This document shows, in pieces, positions 52,185 through 64,000 of a stretch of DNA of 64,000 nucleotides. Positions within the stretch are counted from its first letter, which is position 1. Each line of letters starts with the position of its first letter. The notes beneath the pieces are model-generated. The model was given only the letters and a program-made list of their open reading frames with translations. It did no database searches and was not told the DNA's origin. This stretch comes from Eledone cirrhosa (lineage: Eukaryota), in contig OZ024756.1 in the NCBI GenBank assembly GCA_964016885.1, positions 35,898,001 to 35,962,000 of the forward strand, given 5' to 3'. Both the position numbers and the translations under genes were made by a program.

Positions 52185-52273
<89 letters not shown>

Positions 52274-53419
52274 GCGTGCGCGAGGTGTAAAATCTCTTGT
52301 CTCAGAGATAGAAAGGAGTTCTTTGTATGATGATATGATGATGGTATGGCCCATGGTATGTCTTCAGTGTTTGATACATAATCTCTCCAGAGATCTTGTC
52401 TTACTGAGGCAGTTGAACGGTGTGGGGGTGGGTGGGAGGTAAAATGACACTAAGGTTGCAGGGGGTGGGGTTAGAGAGGGTGTTGAGTGTTGTGTCTACG
52501 ACCCCTCTTAGTATTTCTGTACCTTATTGACATAAATACCTCTACTTCTATCTCCCTCACCTAATCTACACACATGCACATTCATACATATATACACACA
52601 CACACGTATGTGTGTGTGTGGGGGGGGGTGTATCATGCTAGCGTGGAAAATGGCCAGTAAGTGATGCTGATGCTGATGATGATGATACAGGGTATCCCGA
52701 AAATGTATACACATATTTTATCAGAGGGCCTTTGAAGTGTGTATACATTTTTGGGGGACTCCCTATATATAATATGTACACATTTACATACAATTTTTAT
52801 GTGTATGCACACACACACATATATATTTTATATATTTATAAATATATATTTGTGTGTGTGTGTATATATATATATGCAATCATGTATGTATATATATATA
52901 TATATATACATACACACTCATCTATGTATAAATATATATACATATACACACACACTCTTTTATGTGTATATACCCCCCCCCCCCCCCCACTCATGTATGT
53001 ATATATATAGTACCCAAGTAGCTCTCTTCTTCAGCCACTTAGTTCTGCCACATCTGACACACACAACACATACTTACAGGTTTAGTGGCCCCTTAAGACA
53101 TTGACTGTTGGTGGTGGTGCTGTATTTGTGGCTAAGTGGCTAGAAGTAACGGTTTCACAACCAAAGTTGTGGGGTTGAATATTGGACGCCAGGCTGTGGT
53201 GATGAGGGTGACAAGGGAGTATTTGTATCTCTGTGAATAACAAATATTCCAAGGGACTTCTTTCTCTTATTGTCTCTATCCATCTCTATCAGTCTGTCTG
53301 CTTACCTGTCACCACCCCCTCTCTCTCTAAGCACTTCTTCTTTGCCCATTATTCCTGATAGGGTCGTGGTGGCAGAGTCCTCAAACACTCCTTCTAGTGG
53401 GACCTGTCGGAAGCAACTA

Positions 53420-53550
53420 TCTCCAACTGACCCCGCTGGATCCCCAAGCGAGACCAACCAAGCTCATGGATGTTATCCAACCATCTTGCTCAGGGTCTAT
53501 CCCTGGGTCTCCTGCCGGTTGGTTTTGCCTGTAAAGTCTGTCCAGTGATT
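53420..53550 (-). mobile_element. RTE-clade LINE 3' fragment continuous with the 65-bp array
   Basis: Same sequence family as 3505-3705 (ctcatggatgttatccaacca; tggatcccca). Confidence 0.75.
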
Positions 53551-54695
53551 TTTTCCTGAGACATTCTGACCACATGCTCATAGTGTCGGAGCTGTGGTCT
53601 CTCAATTCAGGGATTCTTTCCTGAGGCATTCTGACCACATGCTCATAGTGTCGGAGCTGTGATCTCTCAATTCAGGGATTCTTTCCTGAGACATTCTGAC
53701 CACATGCTCATAGTGTCGGAGCTGTGATCTCTCAATTCAGGGATTTTTTCCTGAGACATTCTGACCACATGCTCATAGTGTCGGAGCTGTGGTCTCTCAA
53801 TTCAGGGATTCTTTCCTGAGACATTCTGACCACATGCTCATAGTGTCGGAGCTGTGGTCTCTCAATTCAGGGATTCTTTCCTGAGGCATTCTGACCACAT
53901 GCTCATAGTGTCGGAGCTGTGATCTCTCAATTCAGGGATTTTTTCCTGAGACATTCTGACCACATGCTCATAGTGTCGGAGCTGTGGTCTCTCAATTCAG
54001 GGATTCTTTCCTGAGACATTCTGACCACATGCTCATAGTGTCGGAGCTGTGATCTCTCAATTCAGGGATTCTTTCCTGAGACATTCTGACCACATGCTCA
54101 TAGTGTCGGAGCTGTGATCTCTCAATTCAGGGATTTTTTCCTGAGACATTCTGACCACATGCTCATAGTGTCGGAGCTGTGATCTCTCAATTCAGGGATT
54201 CTTTCCTGAGACATTCTGACCACATGCTCATAGTGTCGGAGCTGTGATCTCTCAATTCAGGGATTCTTTCCTGAGACATTTTGACCACATGCTCATAGTG
54301 TCGGAGCTGTGGTCTCTCAATTCAGGGATTCTTTCCTGAGACATTCTGACCACATGCTCATAGTGTCGGAGCTGTGATCTCTCAATTCAGGGATTTTTTC
54401 CTGAGACATTCTGACCACATGCTCATAGTGTCGGAGCTGTGATCTCTCAATTCAGGGATTCTTTCCTGAGACATTTTGACCACATGCTCATAGTGTCGGA
54501 GCTGTGATCTCTCAATTCAGGGATTCTTTCCTGAGACATTCTGACCACATGCTCATAGTGTCGGAGCTGTGGTCTCTCAATTCAGGGATTCTTTCCTGAG
54601 ACATTCTGACCACATGCTCATAGTGTCGGAGCTGTGGTCTCTCAATTCAGGGATTCTTTCCTGAGACATTCTGACCACATGCTCATAGTGTCGGA
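53547..54695. repeat. 65-bp minisatellite, ~18 near-identical copies, derived from RTE LINE coding sequence
   Basis: cattctgaccacatgctc recurs every 65 bp (53561 to 54666). The minus strand reads IERSQLRHYEHVVRMSQERI, matching 17421-17481. Confidence 0.95.
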
Positions 54696-55595
54696 AAGCT
54701 CTGTCTCTATTAATCTCTCTCTATCTTAGTCTATCTCTCTCCCTCACAATGTGATAAGATCAGACTAACCAGCAGGTCTAGGCCGGTTCCTTCATCAAAT
54801 AGAATCAATAAAGATAGTTAAACATTGCATAACAAAGAACAAATGACAAATCAAAAACTAGATAGATATTTTTAGAACACTCTCTCCTATATATATGTGT
54901 ATATAATTGTGTGTCTGTTTATGTATTGCATATATATTTATACTATATATATCTGTACTATATATATATGTGTGTGTATGTATATATGTGTATGTATACA
55001 TGTATATGTATAATGTATATATATATATACATCTATACACACACACGCACACACATATATATTATATTGTGTGTGTGTGTGAATATATATAGTGTGTGTG
55101 TGTGTGTGTTTAAAAGCTTCCAATTAAAGATGATGATGTAGTAACTGTAGCTTGTTTATGTGGCTTCATCTAATTAGTAGGAGGTAATGAGTGTTTGAGA
55201 GACTAAACTCATTGACAAACCTCCCCACCATCACCATCTACCTCTAACAGCTACCATCACCACCACCATCTACCATCACTATTCACCATCACCATTACCT
55301 TCACCCACTACCATTTCAGACTAAACTCTTTGACAAACTCCACCACCATCACCGCCTACCATCTACCATTATGGTATTGAATGTATTGTCGTTTAGAAAC
55401 CCAGACTGCAATCTGTTCACAAATTAAGAAATATTTGTTTTATATCAATTGTCAATTTAAATGTTAAACAAAACACCCCCAAAATAACATTTTAAACAAA
55501 TGAAACAGTTATTTTTTTTTCTTATTGAGTTTTTAGTTCTGTCTAATGTAGTTATATATATATATATACAGACACATACATACACACACACACAA

Positions 55596-55678
<83 letters not shown>

Positions 55679-56887
55679 CACATACATACTTATATATAAT
55701 ATATATATATATATAATAACTTTGTTTGGCTTATGAAAGAAAATGGTTCTGAATGCTAATGATTGTGTTTTTGTCTAAATTAATGTTTAACTTTGTCAGC
55801 TAGTATCGAGTTTTTTGCTTTGTGCATTGTCATAATTATTTGTCTTTTGAGCGATGCACTGCTTATTGCCAACATCACACTGTTTCTTTTGTGTTGAACA
55901 AAAAAAAAGAAAAGGAAAAGTGTCCTAACCTCAAAATATCATGAAATATAAGGTAAAAGGTGTAAGGTTTCATTTTTGTTATTGTTTTCCCTCCAGTTTT
56001 CACTGCTATACTTCTAACTTGCATTGTACCAGCTTTCTCCCTAAACAATCCTAACCACAATATATCTTACAATGCTTCAAACTCTACTGCTTAGTTCTCA
56101 TTATAAAACCTTGTTAGAGAATATTGATTTCTGCTCTTGGCTGTTTGTTGTTTGCTAAATGTTGAAAGATAACAAAAGTTTCCATTGATGGATGACATTG
56201 AAAATTACTTTACTAGTTCAATACCTGTCTTTGTGCCCCCAACCACCACCTCACTTACTAGTACAATACCTGTTGTTGCCCCCACCACCACCACTACATC
56301 TCTCTCACTTGTTTGCTGAAGTTTGAAGATATAATTCTTCGAGATTAGATTGATCTCAGGATCAGCTTCCGTATCACTGAGTAGTGATTTGATTACCCTT
56401 AATCACTTTCCTGACATTTGTACATTATTCTATGTGGATTGGCAATATCGGTAGAGGGTCGGACGCTATGCTTTGATGCATAGAGTTACGGCCCTTGCCA
56501 TTCTGAGTTCAAATCCTGCCGAGGTAAACTCTGCCTCTCATCCTTACGAGGGTTGATAAAATAAAGTACCAGTCACGCACTGGGGTCGATTTAATCAACT
56601 TTCCTCTGCCCCCAAATTGATGGCCCTGTGCCTATATAAGAAGGCATTATTATCTTTTAACCCTTTTCTTATCATATTTTTTGTGACAGGCACAGTCTGT
56701 GATTTTCCATATAATTTGGAAAATAATCCAGAATTTGGAAAGATATAGTGGTGGAGAGGGATGTGGTGGGGTGGAGTAAGTGATGCAGAGTTCTCTCTCT
56801 CTATCATTAACCCCTCCCCCCTTCACCATCTCCACCGCCATTGACATTTCACTGATATTTGCTGGAAGAACATTTGATTCTTTCTGT

Positions 56888-57335
56888 AATGGTGGTGTTG
56901 ATAGTAGTAGTAGTAGTAGTAGTAGTAGTAAAATGGGGGCTGGTAGTAGTGTAGTGGTGGTGGTAGTAGTAGTAGTGTGGTAGTGGTGGTAGTAGTAGTG
57001 TGGTAGTGGTGGTGGTGGTGGTAGTAGTGTAGTGTTGGTGGTGGTGGTGGTGGTAGTAGTGTGGTTGTGTGGTGTGGTAATGGTAGTAGTGTTGAGTGGT
57101 GGTGGTAGTAGTGTAGAGTGGTGGTGGTAGTAGTGTGGTGGTGGTAGTAGTGTAGTGTTGGTGTGGTGGTAGTAGTAGTGTGGTAGTGTAGTGTGGTAAT
57201 GGTAGTAGTGTTGAGTGGTGGTGGTGGTGGTAGTAGTGTAGTGTTGGTGGTAGTAGTGTAGGGTGATGGTGGTAATGGTATTAGTATTTAGTGGTGGTGG
57301 TAGTAGTAAGTGTGGTGGTGGTGGTGGTAGTAGTG
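56888..57335. repeat. (GGT/AGT)n low-complexity tract
   Basis: Direct inspection. Confidence 0.9.
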
Positions 57336-57892
57336 TTTCATTGGCATTGAGTGGGTTCCCTCCCTCAGGCAAGACTTTGTTGAGTGGGCTGCCTCACTCA
57401 CGGCAGACTTTGTTGAGTATCCACTCAGTCAACAAATCTTGTTGAGTCCCTTTTCTGGTCAGACGTTTTCCCTGGTCACCCGTCTTACAGTCCCCTCACA
57501 CCCCTCTCATACAGTCTCTCCACCCCAATTACCCTACCCCTTCTTACAGTCACGCCACCCCTCTTAGTCACCTTACCCCTATTACAGTTCCCCCACACCC
57601 TCTTACATTCACCCACCCACCCGCATACAGTCACCCCACCCACCCATCTCTCTCACCTACCCCCTTGTTACAGTCAGTCACCCTCTATTATAGTTACCTC
57701 CCCTTACAGTAACTCTCCCCCCATCTATCATTATTAAAGTGAAAACAATTTGTTTCTCTGACATTTTCTCAACCATATTTTTCTTGTCTGTCCAAACTTC
57801 TTCCATTTCAAATTGGTAATAATGGCGCCATTAACGGTTCTTGGTTCTCCCAGTTGTTATGACATTGTATAGTGGAACACTGGCATAGATCT

Positions 57893-57971
<79 letters not shown>

Positions 57972-58058
57972 CACACGCACAAACACACACACACACAAAC
58001 ACACACAGACACACATATATATATATATATCTTATACTATATATCTTATACTATATAT

Positions 58059-58266
58059 ACACAAAGAAGGTGTGGTAAGATACCAGGTGGACCATATCGC
58101 ACCAGAGTACTCAATACTTAGGGTAGTTAGTAGTGTGGGTAATAGGAAAAGAGTCAGGACCCCGACGGCTGAGCTCCGGCCGTTTCGATAGATAGATCTG
58201 AACGGTTTGGATCTAGCTGTCGAAACGACCGGAGCTCAGCTGTCGGGGTCCTGACTCTTTTCCTAT
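58059..58266 (-). mobile_element. Fold-back element, family A
   Basis: Tail with gtactcaatac followed by inverted arms ~58142-58202 / 58206-58266; flanked by TA repeats. A partial fifth copy lies at 59194-59310. Confidence 0.72.
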
Positions 58267-58375
58267 ATATATATATCATCATCATTTTACGTCCGCTTCT
58301 CCTTGCTTGCAAGAGAGGGACGAGTCCTATTCAGCACAGCATCTCTCCATTCGTCACGGTCCTATATATATATAT

Positions 58376-58708
58376 GGAGGCACATGGCTTAGTGGTTAGA
58401 GCATTGGCCTTGCAATCGAAAGGTTGTGAGTTCAATTCTCAGACCGGGTGATGTGTTGTTTCCTTGAGCAAGACACTTTATTTCACACTGCTCCAGTTTA
58501 CTCAGCTGTAGAAATGAGATGATAGGGACTGGGGTCCCTATCATTCCACTGTAAAGTGGTCGTGGAGGTGCCATGGCAAAAAAAGCACCCAGCACTCACT
58601 GTAAATGAGGTTGGTGTTAGGAAGGGCATCCAGCTGTAGAAATCAAGCCAGAATCGGTTCTCGTCCCACCCTTGCAAGCAGGGAAAAGTGGACGTAAAAT
58701 GATGATGA

Positions 58709-58711
<3 letters not shown>
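58376..58711 (+). mobile_element. Young full-length tRNA-headed SINE
   Basis: Nearly identical to 39580-39930; (GAT)n tail; TA-repeat flanks. Confidence 0.88.
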
Positions 58712-58781
<70 letters not shown>

Positions 58782-58788
58782 ATACACA

Positions 58789-58969
58789 CTCTCAGCTCCT
58801 GCTCCTGCCTCATTATATGTATAGGATACTTCCAGGATATAAGGTCAGTTGGAAACATCAATCATCACTTACTGATGGGGGATGGTTACTAACTGGATAA
58901 CACAGATATTTAGCTCTTTACCCTGGAGATATCCTATATACATGATAAGACAGCAGTTAGTGCTGAGAG
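58789..58969. other. ~180-bp imperfect fold-back overlapping a candidate 90-nt minus-strand exon (58873-58962)
   Basis: The arms pair over most of their length with mainly transition mismatches. The apex loop CTTAC reads GTAAG (donor) on the minus strand. Confidence 0.55.
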
Positions 58970-59140
58970 AAATGGAACAAGGTGGAAAGGAGCACACTAA
59001 TATATACATATATATATATATATATATCATACTTACATATATATATATATATTCTACTCTTTTACCTGTTCCAGCCATCCAGTTGAGGCCATGCTGGGGC
59101 ATATATACATCTATATACATACATACATATATATATATAC

Positions 59141-59178
<38 letters not shown>

Positions 59179-59304
59179 TATACATATATAGTATGTAGTA
59201 GAGTGGGTAATAGGAACAAGTATGACCCCGATGGCAGAGCTCAAGCCGTTTCCAGAATTAGCCGTCGAAATGGCTTGAGCTCTGCCGTCGGAGTCATACT
59301 TGTT

Positions 59305-59348
<44 letters not shown>

Positions 59349-59502
59349 TATATATATATATAACTGCACAGCCTTTTTATCTGTTTCTTTCACAAACAAA
59401 CAAATGCTAGACTGCTATGATCTGTCAAAATTTTTTTCAGTATTCACAGAACACTTGTAAAACATGGCGGGGCAAATATTTTAAAACGTTCTCTCCCAAC
59501 AT

Positions 59503-59566
<64 letters not shown>

Positions 59567-60124
59567 TCTAATATAATCAGTATCTATGTATACATGTGTG
59601 TGTGTGTACACACACACACACAAGCAATCTCCTAAATGTATTTTTGTTAAAGTTTGTTAAAGAAACTGTATACTACTTATACAGTCTGTAAAACAACGGG
59701 TTATGTACTAGTTATATTAAGTTGAAGAACTGCCAAGTTAAGCTTGTGTATGTAGAGTTTAAAAAAATTTTGTTGTCTGTGTCCTACCTCTAATTAGAAC
59801 CAGGAAGTTATTCATTATTTCTAACATAGACACAATGCCACAGATCTTTGTGGAGTGGGGAGTGTTGTTGATTATATCAAACACCATGATATAACTGCTA
59901 ATTATCATTGTATTAACCATAGACATTCTGAATTCAAATACTGCTAGGATCAGCTTTGCTGTTCATCCTTTCTTGGTCCATAAATTGCAGTCTGGGGCTG
60001 TGATTTGGCAGAATTGTTAGAGCAGTATCTGTTTTGGTCCTGTCTCCTGTTTCTGTAGAAATGGTTACATGATATGACTGGGGCCCCTATCATTAAAGCA
60101 TCCAAGAAACTTTCATTGAGATTG

Positions 60125-60402
60125 TATCTTGTAGGAGGCCAGCTAAACCCACATAGGTGTGATCTATAACATCATGATAGAACTGGGGCCCTCTGTCAAG
60201 AAACCTCCTTGTAGGAGGCCAGCTAAACCTACATAGATGTGAGCTGTAACACCATGATAGGAATGGAGATCCCCTGTCAAGAAACCTCTTTGTAGGAGGC
60301 CAGATAAACATACACAGAGCTGAGCTATAACATCATGATAGAACTGGCACCCCTCTGTCAAGAAATTTCCTTGTAGGAAACCAGCTAAACCCACATAGGT
60401 GT
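60125..60402. repeat. ~81-bp tandem repeat, ~3.5 copies
   Basis: gtagga(g/a) at 60131, 60211, 60292 and 60373; related single-copy sequence at 1525-1670. Confidence 0.8.
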
Positions 60403-60919
60403 TAGATGAAAGGCAAAGTTAACCCTGGCAAAAATTGAACTCAGAACATAGAAGGACATAACTAAGTACAATAGTTTGTCTGGTGCTCCACCGATTCTAT
60501 CAGGCATCATTCTCAAAACTATTTCCGTTTTTCAGCTATGTAAACCTGACTATAAATATAAATACTATCACTGTTTCGTAATCTTAGTATGGTCAAGTCA
60601 TTTGATTTTTGAGTTATTCTTGGTACAAGATGGTCACAGCTCGCTGGCCAAAACCATTTTCAATGAAATATTTCAACATGATATATTTCTATAATGGTTC
60701 TTCCTTGTCCTTGGAGAACTTTCCAGATCACAAGTTTGACAGTTTGATCCTACTGTGAGCCATCTGTGGCCCGGTGTCATTTCACCACAACCTTGGGTCA
60801 ACACAGGCTTTGTGAGTGGAATCTGTGGAAACTGTTTGTTGAACTGTACTTGGTGTGTTTGTGTGCATGTGTATATGTGAGCTTGTATAGTGTTTGTGTA
60901 TGTATATATATAGTGCATG

Positions 60920-60979
<60 letters not shown>

Positions 60980-61008
60980 TATTAATACTCATATATATTA
61001 TGATATTG

Positions 61009-61042
<34 letters not shown>

Positions 61043-61329
61043 AATGTATATATATATATATAAATGTATATATATATATATAAATGTATATATATATATA
61101 TAAATGTATATATATATATATAAATGTATATATATATATAAATGTATATATATATATATATAAATGTATATATATATATATATAAATGTATATGTATATA
61201 TATATATAAATGCATATAAATGTATATATATATATAAATGCATATATATATAAATGTATATATATATAAATGTATATATATATAAATGTATATATATATA
61301 AATGTATATATATATATATATATATATAA

Positions 61330-61365
<36 letters not shown>

Positions 61366-61450
61366 GTGTATATATATATATATATATATAAATGTGTATA
61401 TATATATATATATATATAAATGTGTATATATATATATATAAATGTATATG

Positions 61451-61510
<60 letters not shown>

Positions 61511-61609
61511 AATGTATATATAAATATATATAAATGTATATATATATGTATATAAATGTATATATGTATATATATATATTTATATAAATGTATATATATA
61601 TATATTTAA

Positions 61610-61648
<39 letters not shown>

Positions 61649-61649
61649 A

Positions 61650-61691
<42 letters not shown>

Positions 61692-61697
61692 GTATAC

Positions 61698-61729
<32 letters not shown>

Positions 61730-62125
61730 GTATATATATATATATATATTAATATAAATATAATATAATCCCAATCTATTTTATGATTTTAATTTCAGGC
61801 CACTCAGGAAATTCCTTTTCACAAAGTTGCCTCTCTCAAAATGTGGATTCGTCACATATTTTTGCCCTTGCACTCTCTGACCTTTATGACCATCATACAA
61901 TCCTTCAATAATTTTACCTGCCAACCATGACCACCACATCGACAGAACCACTGAGAATAAAAGACCAGAATAAAATGACTGCTTTTAAAAAAAATATTGG
62001 AATAATGTTTTGAATGTTTACTTCTCATAAGAAGTGACAGAAATATTTGAATCTCAGGACTGTGACTGTCATAACTATGATCTGTCATGTCAATAATAGA
62101 CAAAGCTATGATCTGTACAGATGAA

Positions 62126-62384
62126 TAACTGTCATAGTTAAGATCTGTGTAGGTCAATAACCGTCATAGTTAAGATCTGTGTAGGTCAGTAACTGTCATA
62201 GTTAAGATCTGTGTAGGTCAGTAACTGTCATAGTTAAGATCTGTGTAGGTCAGTAACTGTCATAGTTAAGATCTGTGTAGGTCAGTAACTGTCATAGTTA
62301 AGATCTGTGTAGGTCAGTAACTGTCATAGTTAAGATCTGTGTAGGTCAGTAACTGTCATAGTTAAGATCTGTGTAGGTCAGTAA
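62126..62384. repeat. 32-bp minisatellite, 8 copies
   Basis: gtcatagttaagatctgtgtaggtcagtaact from 62131 to 62355. Confidence 0.95.
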
Positions 62385-62504
62385 TAAACAGCTATGACTG
62401 TAACTAATATGACTTAGCATAGTTAAGACTAATGTAGTAATGAGGTCTATCACTGCTACTTTTATGACCGGGGTAGATTTATGATTGTGTAGTGTTTTAA
62501 TTAA

Positions 62505-62765
62505 ATTGCTCCACTCAGCTAATATCATTACTTCACTCATTTTGATATCATTCCGCTTGGCTGGTATCATAGCTTCACTCAGTCGATATCATTGCTCCAC
62601 TCAGCTGGTTTCATAGCATTACTCAGTCAATAACATTGCTCCACTCAGCTGGTATCATTGCTCCACTCAGCTGGTATCATTGCTCCACTCAGTTGATAAC
62701 ATTGCTCCATTCGGCTTGTATCATTGCCTCACTCAAACGATATCATTGCTCCACTCGGCTGGTCT
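62505..62765. repeat. Degenerate ~21-22 bp tandem repeat
   Basis: tatcattgctccactcagctgg units. Confidence 0.8.
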
Positions 62766-64000
62766 CTAAGCATCACTCAACTTATATTGAATCCTTCACT
62801 CAGCAAAACTTCTCAGCAACACATCTCTCATGTTGACATTATATTTATATATATATATGTGTGTGAGGTGTGCACACTGAGTAGCTGTAGAACTATTGTG
62901 TATTGATATATATATATATATACACACCCACACACCATAAACATATATACACATGCATATATATGTAGATGTATATACATGTATATACATTCCCATTTAG
63001 CCAAAAGATTAATTAATTATGTGGCCACCATTTGGAGTCAGTGAGTTTAATGTCCTCCTCAAGTGAAACAACATTACAACAACAATGTTTAAACAACAAC
63101 AATACAACAACAACAGCGACGTTTAAACATTCTTGTTTCCTTTGTTGAATGTCACATGCTGGCCTTTTTTTTTCTTTTATTTTGATACACACATTGTAAT
63201 AATGAGGAGGAGGAGACAAGAAGAAGAGGAGGAGGAGGAGGGAGAAGAGGAGGGTGTGTGATGGAGACCTGCTTTATCACCGTTTGACCAATCTTTCACA
63301 CATTGACTACACAATGATTCATTGACACACACACACACATGCACACACACACATATACATACGCATACCTACATACATACAGTAGACACAAACATTTATC
63401 CACCTTTATTGGGGTTGTGAAGCTAAAATTGTCTAGAACCTCCCTTTTTTTTTTTTTTTACCCGCCCTTACTTGGACAGACATAACGAAGGGCCTTTGTT
63501 TTAAAGCATCTAGAATTTTAAGTTAGTCGGCATCGGTGCCTTGCCCTTCCCCAGAAACCGACCCAAAGAAAAAAACAAACTGAAAACCTGTTAAGGTCAC
63601 AACTAAAGTGCTATATGGTTTGGAGAAATGGTTCTCCAGCTGCTGCCAACTTGTTAAACTGCAACCTTATACAAACCTGAAGGAAGTTTCTGCTGAAAAA
63701 CTGAAGGACAAACAAAAGAAGGAACTAACTCGCAAACAAATCCAAACTTTGTCCTGATTCGGCATTAGACAAACAAGTTGGCCATAATGTTTGATGTTCA
63801 AAATATTTATGGTACCCCACAGATCACCCGTAAACAACAACAACAGTCATTAAGACCACGTCGTATGACTCTCATTGACCTCAGGTATATATATATATGG
63901 AATGTTTTAAATTTAGCATGGAGACTAACCTCTAGTTTGAATATTTAATCTCTAAACCTCCAGCATTGCTATTGAAATATTTTCCAATTTAGCATGAAGA

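Overview
AT-rich, repeat-dense animal genomic DNA. The Deu/Nin-type and CORE-type tRNA-SINEs and the very high microsatellite load suggest a cephalopod such as Octopus (inference). The first 7 kb hold the only confidently recognised genes. These are a minus-strand tRNA-Thr(TGT), an intronless TFIIH p8 gene (GTF2H5/TFB5, 2461-2673) and, 635 bp downstream on the same strand, a six-coding-exon ZNF511 orthologue (3309-6686) that the ORF track misses. GTF2H5 and ZNF511 each sit behind their own splice acceptor and appear to share one upstream exon/promoter, or a bicistronic RNA. The exon-5 acceptor of ZNF511 is tandemly triplicated, giving four in-frame 3' splice sites. The remaining ~57 kb is mostly SINEs, LINE fragments (RTE, CR1, Tx1/L1-like, CRE-like), MITEs (piggyBac-, Tc1/mariner- and hAT-like), minisatellites and microsatellites; most long ORFs in the track are simple-repeat artefacts. 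Inside (TA)n/(TG)n tracts sit several short non-coding elements carrying hammerhead-ribozyme cores. Two look intact and co-vary (31154-31219, 51878-51940), several are degenerate, and a five-copy fold-back family keeps only the 3' half of a hammerhead; these are probably Penelope-like element termini. A few unassigned minus-strand exon candidates are reported at low confidence. All structures and homologies were judged by eye; nothing was computed or searched.
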